DNA from: the human T2T-CHM13v2.0 reference genome, Homo sapiens
Assembly (NCBI RefSeq): GCF_009914755.1
Contig: NC_060944.1
Direction: 5' to 3' (one strand)
Length of the DNA stretch: 64,000 bases
Notes under the pieces: generated by a model
What the model was told of the DNA's origin: nothing
Database searches by the model: none
Seen by the model: only the letters and a program-made list of their open reading frames with translations
Position numbers and translations under genes: made by a program
Part shown: positions 46,510 through 60,692 of the stretch, piece by piece
Layout: every line of letters starts with the position of its first letter
Position numbering within the stretch: the stretch's first letter is position 1

Positions 46510-49259
46510 GATTTATAGCTGAATTTTATCAGACATACAAAGAAAAGCTAGTACCAATCCTACTGAAACTATTTCAAAAAAGTAAGGAAGAGGGACTCCT
46601 CCATAACTCATTCTGTGAAGGTAGCGTCACCCTAACGCCAAGAACCTGGCAGAGATACAACGAACAAAATAAAACCTCAGGCCAATATCCCTGATGAACA
46701 CAGACTCAAAAATCCTCAACAAAATACTAGCAAACTTAATCCAGCAGCACATCAAAAAGTTAATTCACCACAATCAGGTAGGTTTCATCCCTAGGATGCA
46801 AGGTTGGTTCAACAGATGCAAATTAATAAAAGTGATTCACCACATAAAGAGAAATAAAAACAAAAACCATATCATCTTCTCAACAGATGCAGGAAAAACC
46901 TTCAAGGAAACCCAACATCCTCTCCTGTTATAAACCTTCAACAAACTGGGCAGCAAAAGAACATACCTCAAAATAATAGGAGCCATCTATGACAAACTCA
47001 CAACCAACATCATACGGAGGAGGCAAAAGCCGGAAGCATTCCTCTTGAGAACTGGAACATGCCAAGGATGCCCATACTTACCACCTATTCACCATAGTAC
47101 TAGAAGTCCTAGCCAGAGAAAGAAATAAAGCGCATCCAAAATGAAAAAAAGAAGTCAAAGTAGCTCTTGTCTCTGATAATAAAATTTTATACCTGGAGAA
47201 CCCTAAATACTCAATTAAAAGGCTCAAGGAGCTGATCAACAACTTCAGTAAGGTTTCAAGATACAAAATCAATCTCCAAAAATCAGTAGCATTTCTGTAC
47301 ATCAATAATGTTCAAGCTGAGAGCCAAATCAGGAATGCAATCCCATTTACAATAATAACAAATGCAATAAAATACTTAGAAATACATCCAACCAAGCAGG
47401 TGAAAGATCTCTACAAGGAGAACTAGAAAACATTGCTAAAAGAAATCATAGATGACACAAATAGACAAACATTCCATGCTCATCAATTGGAAGAATCAAT
47501 ACCATTAAAATGGCCATACTGTCCCAAACAATCTACCAATTTGATATTTACATCAAAGTGGCAACATCATCTTTCACAAAACTAGGAAAAACTATTCTGA
47601 AATTTATATCTAACCAAAAAAGATCCCAAATGGCCAAAGCAATCCTAAGCAAAAAGAATAAACTCAGAGGCATTACATTACCTGACTTCAAACTATAGTA
47701 TAAGGCTACAGTAACCATAACAGCATGGTACTGGTACAAGAACAGATACCAATAGAACAGAATTTTAAAACCAATAGAACAGAATTTTAAAAAACACAAA
47801 TAAAGCTGCATACCTCCAGCTATCTGATCTTCAGCAAAGTCAACAAAAATAAGCAATGAGGAAAAGACTCCCTATTCAATAAATCGTACTGAGATAGCTG
47901 ACTAACCATATGCAGAAGAATGTAACTGGACCTCTACCATTTGCCATATACCAAAATTAACTAAATGTGGATTATAGATTTAAATGTCAGACCTCAAGCT
48001 TATAAAAATCCTAGAAGAACACCCAGGGGACATCACACTGCACACTAACCTTGGGAAAGAATTTATGACTAACTCCTTGAAAGCAATTGCAACAAAAACA
48101 AAAAATTGATAAGTAGAACATAATTAAATTTTGCTTCTGTTCAGCAAAAGAAATAATCAACAGGGTAATCAGACGACCTACAGAATAGGAGAAAATATTT
48201 CCAAACTATGCATATGACAAAGGTTAAATACCCAGAATCTACAAGGAATTTAAAGAACTGAACAAGCAAAACCAAATAATCCCATTTAAAAAACTGGGCA
48301 AAACACAGAAACAGACACTTCTCAAAAGAAGACATACAAATGGCCAACAAACATATGAGAAAATGCAAATCAAAACCACAGGGAAATATTGTCTCACACC
48401 AGTCAGAATGGCTGCTACTAAAAAAACCAGAAAACAACAGATGTTGATGAAGCTGCAGAGAAAAAGGAACACTTATATGCTGTTGGTGAAAAGGTAAATT
48501 AGTTCAGCCACTGTAGAAAGCAGTTTGAAGATTTCTCAGAGAACCTAAAAAAGAACTAACATTTGACCCAGTAATCTCATTACTATGTATATGTCCAAAA
48601 GAAAATAAATCATTCTTCCAAAAAGACACATATACTTGTATGTTCATTGCAGCACTATTCACAATAGCAAAACCAAGGAATCAACCTAGGGGCCTACTAA
48701 TGGTAGATTGAATTTTTAAAATGTGGTATATATACACCATCAAATCCTATACAGCCATAAAAAAGAACAAAAGAATGTCCTTTGTAGCAACATAAATGCA
48801 GCTGGAGGCCCTTATCCTAAGTCAAGTAATGCAGGAGCAGAAAACCAAGTACTGTATGGTCATATGGTCTCACTTATAAGTGGGAGCTAAATACCTGCTA
48901 CTCATGAACATAAAGATGGCAACAGTAAACACTGGGGACTATTGTGAGGGGAGAGATGGGGGCAAGGACTGAATAAACTTTTGGGTACTATACTCACTAC
49001 CTGCGTGGACTGGATCACTCATACCCCAAACCTCAGCATCACACAGTATACCCATGTAACTCCTGTATTCAGGGGGCACATGTGCCCCCTGAATCTGCAA
49101 TAAAAGTTGAAATTATATATATATATGTGTGTATACACATGCATATACACACACATATATACATATACATACATATAAACATATATGTATATAAATACAT
49201 GTATATATATAAAATGTATATATATATAATATATATAAAATGTGTATGCATATATATAA

Positions 49260-49290
<31 letters not shown>

Positions 49291-50709
49291 AGGAGAAGTG
49301 GGGCAAGCCATGTGTGTATCTGAGGAAAATGCATTCCCGGCAGAGGAAACAGCAAGTGAAATTCCGAGGCAGGTACACAACCAGCACATTGGAGTGACAT
49401 CAGGAGAACAGTGCAGCTGAGTGGAGTCAGGAGGAGGAATGTAGCAGGGAGTGAAGTCAGAAGTGACTGTCAAAGGAAGCAGACACATATCAGGCAAACT
49501 GGGCTGTCGTAAAGATTCTGGCTTTTACCTCAAATGAGTCCCTGAAGAGGTTTTCAACAACAATGAAATGACATGATGGAACTTATGTTGAAGAGGACTA
49601 CTCAGGCTGCTGCTGAGATTAGATTGCAGAGAGCAAACGCAGAATGAGGGAGATCAGATAGGAGGCTCTTCTAATAGCCCAGGTGAAAGGTAATGATGGC
49701 ATGGGTCAGGGCAGTTGAATGTGGTGGGTCTGTAGGTGCATTGTACAAGAATCATTCTGGTTGTGAGATTAGAAGACATTGTGGGGTTGGGTTGTGGGGC
49801 AAGTCAAGGAGCAGTGGGACAGTTGGAGAATTACTACAATAATTTAGGGAACAAACTAAGATTGCTAGGACCTTCATCCAAGAAGAGATGATTGACACTG
49901 GAATCTATTTTCAAGGTAGAGCTGAAAGGGTTTTCTGACATCTGGTAAAAATGCAAGTTACCTGGGGAGTGCTACCACCCACAGCTTTCCTTTCCCTTTT
50001 CCCTTTATCACTTAATCCTGAGCCCCAGGCAGCCTAAATATTCTCCCTAGGAGACCCACCTTTATGGTCCATCTGAACAATTTACTAGCTTATTTATAAC
50101 GAGAAAAGAGAAAGGTTGGATAGTCAAAATCAACTCAGGTCCTCAAACAATATCTATACCAATACTCTCAACCTCCTTTGTCCACCAAATGTTTCATCAG
50201 AACTATGTAAGAATGAAATTATAATAAGCTTTGGAGATAGAGTCAACAGGTACAGAAAGACTCCAAGATTCTTACTTTATCTAGTCGGGGCACTGCATTC
50301 CTAGATGTCCAATAGATCCTTGGGTTTAGTGAACTACTTTCAATATTTCAAAAATATTTTCAGAAACTTTGCATAGAAGTATAATATTGCATTGCTGATG
50401 ATGTTATATAACTTCCCCATTTGGGTTACTTTATAGTCACTCTGTGTGGTTCAAACTATATTGGTCAATAAGTCTTAATAGAAACAAGAAAATCAATTAC
50501 TACTTAAAAAAGTGTAATTTGTTTGAAAAATATCTTTAAAACTATAAGGACTACAGTGAAACGAATACAGATGGTGACTAGGGGAAACCTTTGGGAAATA
50601 TGAAGTGAGTTGTTTTCAGCTCAGGTGATCCTTACAATCTCCTCCACAGATTATTGGAGATGGTGAATTCAAATACACCGTCTGCCACTCACTGACCTAG
50701 TAGAGTGGA

Positions 50710-51172
50710 CGGTTGTGATCTGCCTGACCAGCACTCACCCTCCCGTCTTTTGATGACAGCTTCCTAACATTCCTTGGGAATCCACGTCTGCCCAGCTTTC
50801 AGGCTGCAGGTCCACAAGTCCAGGTGAATTTTCTCCCTTGCCAGCGCCCAGGATTCCATGGGGTACAGTCCTGTCCAATCAGAACATTGCATTCTCTTGG
50901 CCACTATGATTGGCTCAGAGATGACCATGTGACTCGATCAAATCTGACCCTAAGAATTTTGCTAGAAAGACCAAGAAGAAAAGCACCATTTTACCCTCTA
51001 GATTTTCCAAGAAGTTATGATGCAGGCCTAGAGCTGTTGGTGCCATCATGTCACCACAAGGGACAGCCTGCTTGGAAATGGAGCCAACGCAGAGGTGAGA
51101 AGAGCTTAAAGATGGCTAAAAGAGCCTGAGTCTTGAGCTTTGGTCATTCACTGACAAGTGAAAGAAAACTGA
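50710..51172 (+). mobile_element. Old MLT1 (K/L-like) LTR
   Basis: 'ccaatcagaacattgcattctcttggccactatgattggctcagagatgaccatgtgac'. Confidence 0.65.
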
Positions 51173-52729
51173 TTCGTTTTAAGAATTAAATGACCAGGTT
51201 TTCATCCTATTTCTTTAACTTAGCTGCTATGGAATAAGTCATTTGGTTTCAGCAATCCCATAAAAGCTAATTTGTTACCAAGAGTGTTGAGAGGAATAAT
51301 TAGTATGAGTCTCAAAGCAATTTGAAATGTGTAAATGTGCTATACAAAAACAAAAGAGCAAAATGCAGGTATGATTGTCAGCTACTTTCCCTCCTCACAA
51401 TCTAATGACAGCAAATAGTGAAATAACTTAATGGTAGGAGTTAGTGAGGCAAAGTCCATAAATAATTGAGAATCATTAAATATAAATAATTATCTCATTA
51501 TTAAACCTTTAGAGTGGACTATGGTGAATATACTCTAAAAGGCCTATGTGTTCCACCAACACCTTTTATCTCCATACTGTAATCAGCTCTCAAAAATTCC
51601 AGGTTGTGTAAGTGTTTCTGTGTGTTTATTTCTTCTCCATTAAACTTGAATAGGACACGAGTCATTATGGACTCCCATCCATTATAGGAGTGTTGGAGCC
51701 TTTCAACATTCGCATAGGAATAATTAAAAGAGATTTATGATTCTATTTTAGAACATAAAAAGTTTTGTTGCATGAATTACGCTAATATTTCTAAGCCCGT
51801 TTGACTTTCTCTGCTGCCTGCCCATCCAGACAAGCATGAGTTGTTTCTGTACTCCATAGGGAAGGTGTTTAGTGAGGCACTGGCATTGTGGGGTTTTTTG
51901 AAGTATTGTGTTCTTTGAGTGGAGTTTGCTGACACGGTGTGAATGGGCACAGCTCCCAAGATAGCAAGTGCAGCCTTGCCAAGTTCAGAATAAGTTGGTG
52001 CCTTGTAGAGCAATAACCAAGACCAAGGCTATCCAACTGTGTGGTACTGAGTTCAAACTAAACACAAATAATACATACACTTCCAGAACAACCCCAAAAC
52101 AGATTATCATGGAAGATGATGTAACTCAAGATAGTTATAATAATATACAAATATAACTCATCATGAGTATGCCCTCCATTGTAAAAATCACATCTACCCC
52201 CAAGATTCAAACCTAGTTGTGTGCACCCCCAAAGCCCACACATTAAATCACCACGCTCTACATTGCAAACTGCCCCCACTAGGAGAGCTGACATGCAAAA
52301 TAATTCTGTCCACAAGTACTCATCTTTCCCCATTACCATTCACTCAAATCTTTTGATGCTGTTCTTTAAACACATCTTGACGTCTAGACCCTTGAACACT
52401 TTCCAAGTGTTTCAGTCTCTTTTTCCATTGTGACTTTGCTCTCCTCCCAACCCCAGAACCAGTGGTCTTGGTGAACTGTTTGCAATGATGGCACATCCTC
52501 ATAATCTTGAACCCCTACCATTTCTCCTGAGCCCAGTGCCCAGCCATGAGTAACCCTCATCACCTATTTGCTTGGATCCTATTTCTGAGCTATGAAATAT
52601 GGCTAAAAGTCTGATAAAACTGAGCCTAATAGATCCCCTACATATCATTCCTCTCAGCAAGACCCACATAGGGCCACAGAAGTGGTAAATTGGTTTTAAC
52701 CTTATTAAGAACAACCTGAGTGATAACTG

Positions 52730-52840
52730 CAGTGACCAATCATCATCCAAATGAGATTATTTTGCCTGGAACAAATTATAAATGCCATTTGTTCAGGACA
52801 CCAGGACTGCCCTGAGCAAACTTTATATATAGTTACTATA
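52730..52840. mobile_element. MER94-like (hAT-Blackjack), copy 1
   Basis: 'agtgacca..tcatccaaa...caggactgccctgagcaaac...tatagttact'. Confidence 0.5.
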
Positions 52841-52841
52841 G

Positions 52842-53140
<299 letters not shown>

Positions 53141-54085
53141 TAGTTACTAACACACTTAGCCATAAAGATTAAAATCAATGGTTCTAGAATCTGACTGATC
53201 CCATACTGAATTTCTGCAATGCCACATTGTAAGCATGTGACTTTGATCATACAGTTTAACCATTCTAAGACTCAATTTCCTTAGCCATAAACTATGGATA
53301 ATAACAATACCTAGCCCTAGTATTGCAATAAGGGGACATTTTATTATTATATCAAATTTAATTGGTCTACCTAACATTGTTGAAAATGGTAAGGAGTGAA
53401 TCTATGTGTTACTTCTTACCCTGAATACACATGAAGAACTGCATGGTTTATACAAAGCAGTACTTCACAATCCATTACAAACCAATCCTTGTATTTCTCT
53501 GGAGGACAACTCTTCTTGCCCTGGTGTCATCTCCCAGAGTCCCTTGAAAATGATCCCTTCCCCCAGTCTACAGAACCCATAATAAAAGTACAGCTATCCC
53601 TAATAAGCTCCCAAATTTCATGAAAACCTACCTAGCCATTGTTGTTTGATAAAGTAACAGACACAGAGCAAGAAACTTTATATCAATGAAATAACCTGTG
53701 TAAAATAGCTAATGCAATTAAGCAGAACTGTTCAACAAACTTAAAGAATGTGTAAACATATAGAATGCACAAAGCCAAAAACTCTAGCGAAATATATCTC
53801 CAAGATCTGGAATTGTTGGCATGAACTAAAATGATTAATCTTGTTTTGCCTAATATTCAAAAATCAGCTGCAGCAACATAAGATCTAGAGATCCAGTTTA
53901 GCAGGGATTCATGAGAACAAAACTTAAGCATGCTTATGAGCCATTGAGGGATGCAGGGAACATGGCTGAAAGTAAATGTAAAGCAATCAATGTCTGCATT
54001 CTTCTACAACTGTAGATTTCAACATGACAAAAGTGCCGGGCCATGAACCATCAAAGTGTGCCATGAAATTTTATTCACTATATAC

Positions 54086-54429
54086 CAGCGGTCCCCAACC
54101 TTTTTGGCACCAGAGATCAGTTTTGGGGAAGACAATTTTTCCACAGACCCAGGGTTAGAGGGGATTGGTTTCAGGACGAAACTTCCACCTCAAATCATCA
54201 GGCATTAGGTTAGATTCTCATAAGGAGCATGCAACCTAGATCCCTCACATGTGCAATTCACAATAGGGTTTGTACTCCTAGGAGAATCTAATACTGTTGC
54301 TGATCTGACAGGAGGCAGTGCTCAGGCAGTCACGTTCGCTCACCCACCACTCACTTCCTGCCATGTGGCCCAGTTCCTAACAGGCTACGAACCAGTACTA
54401 GTCCACGGCCTGGGGGTCTGGGATTCCTG
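54086..54429 (+). mobile_element. MER1B (hAT-Charlie)
   Basis: 'cagcggtccccaacctttttggcacca...ttagattctcataaggagc'; perfect 8-bp TSD ctatatac. Confidence 0.93.
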
Positions 54430-54792
54430 CTATATACAATATATTACTACAACTGAAGGTACACTCACGCAATTACAAATAAATACATGATATAAATAAG
54501 CTGGGTGTGTCGTCTGACACGGTGTAGACTCAGGTGTAGTTTGCTGAGAAATACCACCATAACGTCATGCACAAATCAGAACAAAAAAAATACATGGAAA
54601 TGCAAAGAATATTTTGCTTCCTGATTGTGTAAGAGAATGTGTTCAGGACAACAATGATTTCTTTTATATCCGAGGGGGAAGGAAAGGGATAAGTCCCCTA
54701 CAAATCTTTCCGTGTGCAAGACCCACATAGGGCTACGGAAGTGGATTTACCTGGTTAAACACTATCATAAACAACCTGAGTGATAGTAAGTG

Positions 54793-54935
54793 GAATGACC
54801 ATATAATTTATCATCCAAACAGGATGCTTTTGTCTGAGACAAATGACAAATGTCAATGGACAACAGGACTATCCTGGGCATACAAGTCATGGAATAATAG
54901 CGTATGTAATTTAATCGCTTTGGATGGGTCACCAT
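54793..54935. mobile_element. MER94-like (hAT-Blackjack), copy 2
   Basis: 'tgaccatataatttatcatccaaac...caggactatcctgggca...ggtcacc'. Confidence 0.6.
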
Positions 54936-54959
54936 AACTTTTAGTCTTCAAAAGTGTAT

Positions 54960-56370
54960 GGCTTAGAAATATCACCATTTGGCAAATGCCACAGCAATAA
55001 TTGTTGCAAGTAAAAATTGTCAATTGTTGCTAAAATTAGTGGGCAACAGAACGAACAACTCAGAAAGACAGAAAGTAAATTATTGGTCACTAGAAGCTGA
55101 GGAGAGGTAATAATAGGGTGTGATGGCTGATGGATATGGGTTTCAAAAGCGGTGATGAAAATGTTCTGGAATTACACAGTGATGACAGTTGTACAAACTT
55201 GTGAATATAATAAAAGCCACTGAACTGTATATATTAAAAAGTGAATTCTATAGTATGTAGATTATATCTCAATGCAAAATAATAATAAAAATTAGTCAAC
55301 AAAGAGTGAGAAGGTACAGGATATTTACATAGCCTCAAAGCATCTTGTAACAAGATACATATAAATTGCAAAGCAAAATTGTAACTTCAGTGGAGAAACC
55401 TGCAGGACACTACCTTAACTAGATATTCAAAGTTAATATCATCAGTAATAAAACAAATTCACACCACGTGCCTCCTGATTCAAAGCTCTGGAGACACAAG
55501 AGTACTTCTGTAGTATTTTCCTAAAAGTATGTAACCTAAATCTCATCATGAGAGAGTATCAGGCAAACACCACAACATCCCAAATTGAGAGACATTCTAC
55601 AAATAGCTAGTCAGTATGCTTCAAAAGCATCAAGGCCATTGTAGTGGGTTGAATTGTGGCCCCCAAAATATATGCCAACTCAAGACCCCAAAACGTGACT
55701 TTATCTGGAATAAACATCTTTCCAGATGTAATGGAGATAAGGATCTCAAAATAAGATCATTCTGCCTAAGGATGGGCCCTAAATCCAGTAACAGGTGTCT
55801 TTAAAAAGGGAGACTACACAAGAACATAGAAGAAACCCATGTAAGAACAGAGGCAGAAAGTGGAATTTTGGAGCCCCAAGCCAAGGAGTGCCAGCAACCA
55901 GCCGGAAGAGAGGCATGAAACTGATTCTCCCTCAGAGCCTCCATGGAGAAGCCACCCTGATGACACCCTAATTTTGTTCTTCTGGCCTTCAGATCTGAGA
56001 GAGAATCAATTTCTGTTGTTTTAACCTACCAAGTTTGTGACAATGTGCTGCAGCAGCCCTAAGAAGCTAAGGCAGTCCTAAAAAAGAAAGAAAAGCCGAG
56101 GAACCGTTCCAGATTAAAAGGACCTAGGAAGGAGACATGTAATACTGAGTTGGATCTTGAACTAGAAAAAAGGACATTAGTAGGATAATCTGTAAAAGTT
56201 GAATAAGATTTGTAGATTATAGTATTGTATTAATATTCATTATACAGTTATTTTGTAATTTTACTGAGGTTTTAAAAAATGTAAACCTTTGGGAACCAGG
56301 TGAAAGTATGTAATTCTTTGGATTATTTTTGCAAATATTTTCCAAGTCTGAAATTATTTCAAAGTAAATA
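54960..56370 (+). mobile_element. L1MC4-like 3'UTR hosting a nested L1MB 3' end (~55050-55287) and an MLT1C
   Basis: 'atatcaccatttggcaa...gctaaaattagtgggc'; L1MB TSD aaaattagtgggcaa/aaaattagtcaacaa. Confidence 0.65.
55640..56074 (+). mobile_element. MLT1C-like solo LTR
   Basis: 'tgtagtgggttgaattgtggcccccaaaa...ccctaaatcca...gattctccctcagagcctcca...aatttctgttgttttaa'. Confidence 0.85.
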
Positions 56371-56703
56371 CAGTCATCCTTTGGTACCCTTGGGGAATTG
56401 GTTCCAGGCTCTCCCTCGTATCTAAAAATCTGTCGATCCTCAAGTTCCCGATATAAAATGACATATCTAGTATTTGCATATAAACTATATTCTCCCATAT
56501 GCTTTATGTCATCTCTAGATTACTTATAATACCTAATACAATGTAAGTGTTAATGTAAATCGTTGTTATACTGTATTGTTTGGGGAATCACGACAAGAAA
56601 AAGTCTGCACATGTTCAGTACAGATGCAAATTTTTTAAATATTTTCAATCCACAGTCAACTGAACTCACAACTGTGGAACCCACAGACATGGAGGTCTGA
56701 CTG
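56371..56703. mobile_element. MER2 (TcMar-Tigger)
   Basis: TIRs cagtc.../...gactg with TA TSD; 'catctctagattacttataatacctaatacaatgtaa'. Confidence 0.9.
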
Positions 56704-56844
56704 TAATTCAAAAATAAATAAATAATTTAAATTGTACAGCTAACCTTAGTTGTAAGAACCACCAAAACTGCTCAGGACTGAGCAAGTCATAGACACACCG
56801 CATCGTTTTTAAGCTGTCAGATTCTGGGCAGTTAGATTTTGTTG

Positions 56845-57080
56845 GTTGGTTAAAAGCATAAGGTCCTAGAATCATACAACTTCCCTACTGGCTCAGATAT
56901 ATGTTCTTAAACTCATTGCTTAATCTCTATGTATCTCAGTTTTCTTGTGTGCAAATAGAAAATAATCACAATATCTCCCTCACAGAATTGTTTTGAAGAT
57001 ACTTAAGAATCTATGTAAAGTGCTTAGCACCGTGCATGACAGATAATAACTGCTTACAACTGTTAGCTCCTTTTATGATA
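56845..57080 (+). mobile_element. MIR
   Basis: 'cttaatctctatgtatctcagttttc...gtaaagtgcttagcac'. Confidence 0.75.
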
Positions 57081-58879
57081 TTGGTTAGTGAATATAACCA
57101 GCCCTATACTTGGCACAGAGAATAAAGCGAAAAAAAAAATGCAACTTTCTGTTTTGAAAAACACTCATGTACTGAGGAAATCATAAAACCAAGAAGAAGC
57201 AGTGAGTAGTGGTAAACAAAGGACGCTACTAGGGTAAAAAACTAAGTAGCCTGTGGTTTCTTTTCCAGAAGACTGAAGAGACATTACTACATGAAAAAAA
57301 AAAAAAAAAAAAAAAGAATGTTTGCAAAGAAGAGAAGCTCAATGAAAAGTTGTTGAACACAATCATTGGCTAACAATTAGAGATGACTTTGCAAACACTG
57401 TGCCTGCAATCACTGGAGGCAATCAGAAAAATCTAATGCACTCTCGGGTCTATTAAATGGGAATTTCTGTAGCAAGTAGGAGGTTGGAAAATCTGACTGC
57501 TGAGGGTCTGTAAATATGCATTCTTCTATTCTTCCCTTTTTCGTGGTCTCTCCCCGCATCTTTTCACATCTTACTCGACATGGATGGGAAGACTATTTTC
57601 ATCTCTAAGACTGAAAACTGATTAAATATTTATTGGGACCAGCAATTGAAACCAAAAAATGTGGCCAAGATTGAGACCCTATATCCCTTTAAACTTTTTG
57701 CCAACTTCATCCAGAGGCCATCATTGTCTCTTTCAAGTGACTTTGGGCTCTGTGGGTGCTGAGTACATTACCCTATTCCCTGCCAGCTCTGCAGAGGGCT
57801 GGCGCTGCGCCTACTGCCAACCGTGCAGTTTGCCAGCAAAATCTCCAAGCTGGGAAAATACACACACATCAAAAGATCTGCTACGAGGTTTAGCAGCCAG
57901 GCACAGAATGGATGCACAATTGTAATTCAAGTCAAGGCCATCCAGCTCTATGTAAAGCCTTAGTGAGTGATGACTGGCATACTCCTCAGGTACATTTTGG
58001 GGTCTCTCCAAATGATGCACTGCCAAGAGACACCTAGGGCTCTTTTGTGGCTTTCCCTTCAGAGCGGCCAGGAGGAGGAAACACATTTCACTTGCCCCAA
58101 ATCCAAAGGTGTCTCCTCTCATTCTAAGCTTCCCTGAGGGTTTCTTCTATGAGAAGCAGCAGGAGAATCCTCTCTGTTGGCATCTCCCCAAGGAGGGCAC
58201 ACACAATTAAAAATTTTGAGAAAATATGCACCTCAAAGATCCTCAAAAGGATCAGATGGGATTGCTGATTAGCAGAAGCTAGAATTGGGTGGCAAGGGCA
58301 TTTGTCCCCACAAATGTTTCCTTCCCCTTCAAGCATGCCACCTGATTCAAAGTAGCCCATTGAAAGGACAAGCAGGAAAGAACATTAACCCTCACCTCCC
58401 CAGCCTCCCACTGCACTCCCACTACAAAAACGGGTGATCAAGTAGACAAAAAGAAAACTATTGAAAATGCCGCTCAATTGCTTTAGGCATTTGTTTACTG
58501 GTTTATTTTTTCTCAAGTAACTGGCTGGACTACAATCAGTGAGGATTTTTCATTTGCCATGTTTTTGTGTGATTTCTCAATCAATATTCATCTTTCATGT
58601 ATCTAAAAGACAGGAACAGCTCCAGGCAAGAGTCGACTATTCTGAGTTATTCATTTACAAGAAGAAATTGCTTCACTAAGACCTGAGTGATCTGCCAGCA
58701 CGACACGGGAACATTTGAGTTACAGCAGACATTTATTTTTCTCATGTTTTATTTTTGGGGAGGATAGGTTGGTGTTTGTCCATGTAAATCTGGTAGCCTC
58801 CCTTAACATTTAAGAAGAGAAAATGGTAAGGTATAAAGACTTCCCTAAGCAATTGGTGGGCTAGGAAAACAACATTTAA

Positions 58880-59100
58880 CAAATCAACAATTCACTGGGT
58901 GTTTACTTTATGCTACACATTATGCTAAGTGCTTTACAATCATCATCTCATTTAAACCTACAACAATCTTATAAAAAGGCATATTATTGTTCCCGAATGA
59001 TAGGTGAAGAAACTAGGGTTCAGAAATATTGTTAAGTAACCTGCCTCAGGAGACACTAAGAACACACTGAGAAAATGCTTACTGGATTCATGTAGTAAAA
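58880..59100 (-). mobile_element. MIR
   Basis: 'gctaagtgctttaca...tctcatttaaacctacaacaa...gaagaaactagggttcagaa...ttaagtaacctgcc'. Confidence 0.7.
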
Positions 59101-59148
59101 TGAGGATGATAAAGAAAAGGTTATTAAATTGATTTTAAATAGTATGAC

Positions 59149-59529
59149 TTTTCTTTTTTCTTCTTTTATTATTATACTTTAAGTTTTAGGGTACATGTGC
59201 ACATTGTGCAGGTTAGTTACATATGTATACATGTGCCACGCTGGTGCGCTGCACCCACTAACTCGTCATCTAGCATTAGGTATATCTCCCAATGCTATCC
59301 TTCCCCCCTCCCCCCACCCCACAACAGTCCCCAGAGTGTGATGTTCCCCTTCCTGTGTCCATGTGTTCTCATTGTTCAATTCCCACCTATGAGTGAGAAT
59401 ATGCGGTGTTTGGTTTTTTGTTCTTGCGATCGTTTACTGAGAATGATGATTTCCAATTTCATCCATGTCCCTACAAAGGACATGAACTCATCCTTTTTTA
59501 TGGCTGCATAGTATTCCATGGTGTATATG
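59149..59529 (-). mobile_element. 5'-truncated L1PA3 3' end (~380 bp)
   Basis: T-rich tail plus complete 3'UTR with GAG-type diagnostic; possible TSD tatgactt/tatgagtt. Confidence 0.92.
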
Positions 59530-59834
59530 AGTTGAAAGAGACCGTTTCAGCCACTGACACTTGAGAGATTCACTGTTCATTTCTATCCTCTTAACTCCCC
59601 TTTTGAATGTCCTAGAGTTCACAGAATCTTGTTGTTAATTCACATTTTCTTTCAAACTTCAGAACTCTTATTTCTCACATGTAGACTAAGCTGCAGCCAA
59701 AAAGTTCATCACTCCTCACTAGAGAAAGGAATCAAAGTTCACATCAGAAAAATGTGACAATCATGCTGGCTGTGTGGTCACCTTTTTAAATCAACTTCCT
59801 GGCTCTCCTAAAAATAAGTGTTATGCAAATGCAT

Positions 59835-59932
59835 AGCAAATATATATACACACATATATATGCATATACATGCATAGTGTACATATACCTACATATGCAT
59901 ACACACACACACACACACACACATACACACAT
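59835..59932. repeat. (TA/CA)n low-complexity tract
   Basis: Alternating dinucleotides. Confidence 0.8.
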
Positions 59933-60239
59933 GGCAACTTGGTCACTGTGGCCATTTCTAGGGAGATCAATGTGATTTGAGGGAAGAAACGGGGACATAG
60001 AGGTGAAGATATTTTAGCATTTTACTCTAAACCCTAATTCTTTGTTTTATAGCAAATATTCCTAAGTTTGAAAGCCATTTTTAAGAAAGTGCAATAATTC
60101 ATGGTCATCACTGGTATAAAGAATAAGGATTTGTTGAGAGGAGTTTGATTGAATATGCTTCATATATTGTGATAGGAAAACCGTCTTCAGGAAAACAGGA
60201 AATCCATGTCCTCTGGTTGTCAAAGAGCTTCTTACCCAG

Positions 60240-60692
60240 AAGTGGCTGCTGCTGGTGCTGCTAGGGTCCTTCACCGGGCCTGAGCACCAAGCCTCAGGGG
60301 CTGTTAATGATTCACAGATGCTCCTTTCTCCAGATAATCTCTCTCTGCCAACTGAGAGCTTCCTGCCTTTCCAGGAGGTTGCACTTTCACCCCATTCCCC
60401 GAAGAGGCTGAGCCGTTTAGGGGAGAAGCCAGTGGCCAATGCCCTGCTGACATGGGGGTTTGAGTGCCCAGTCCCTGGCCTCCAGTAAACCAACCCTGTG
60501 GAGCCTTTTATGCCCCAGAGCTTCCCCATGAGGTTAGCCTGAGGCTCAAGTCCTGCTGGAACCACATCCTTGCTTAGATTCTCCTGCTCCTTTGTGCTTC
60601 CCCTTCATCTGTCCTGGGAGCAATCCCTCAATAAATCACTTTCACAGTAACCCTTGTTTCAGGCTCTGCTTCCCAGGAGCTCAACCTAAGAC
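60240..60692 (+). mobile_element. LTR33-like ERVL solo LTR
   Basis: 'cctgggagcaatccctcaataaatcactt...caggctctgcttcc...aacctaagac'. Confidence 0.7.

Larger units (their letters stand above)
42937..49288 (+). mobile_element. Near-full-length degraded L1PA16/L1PB-like element; tail decayed to a TA-rich microsatellite (49113-49288)
   Basis: ORF1 remnants 43656-44585, ORF2 remnants ~44700-48890, 3'UTR 'gggtactatactcactacc...aaacctcagcatcac'; TSD aaaggag (42930/49289). Confidence 0.88.

Noticed and set aside
49019-49497. Four overlapping Y/I/H/C-rich ORFs
   Set aside because: Products of a TA/CA low-complexity tract
60062-60565. 167-aa ORF
   Set aside because: Lies largely within an LTR33-like element; chance open frame
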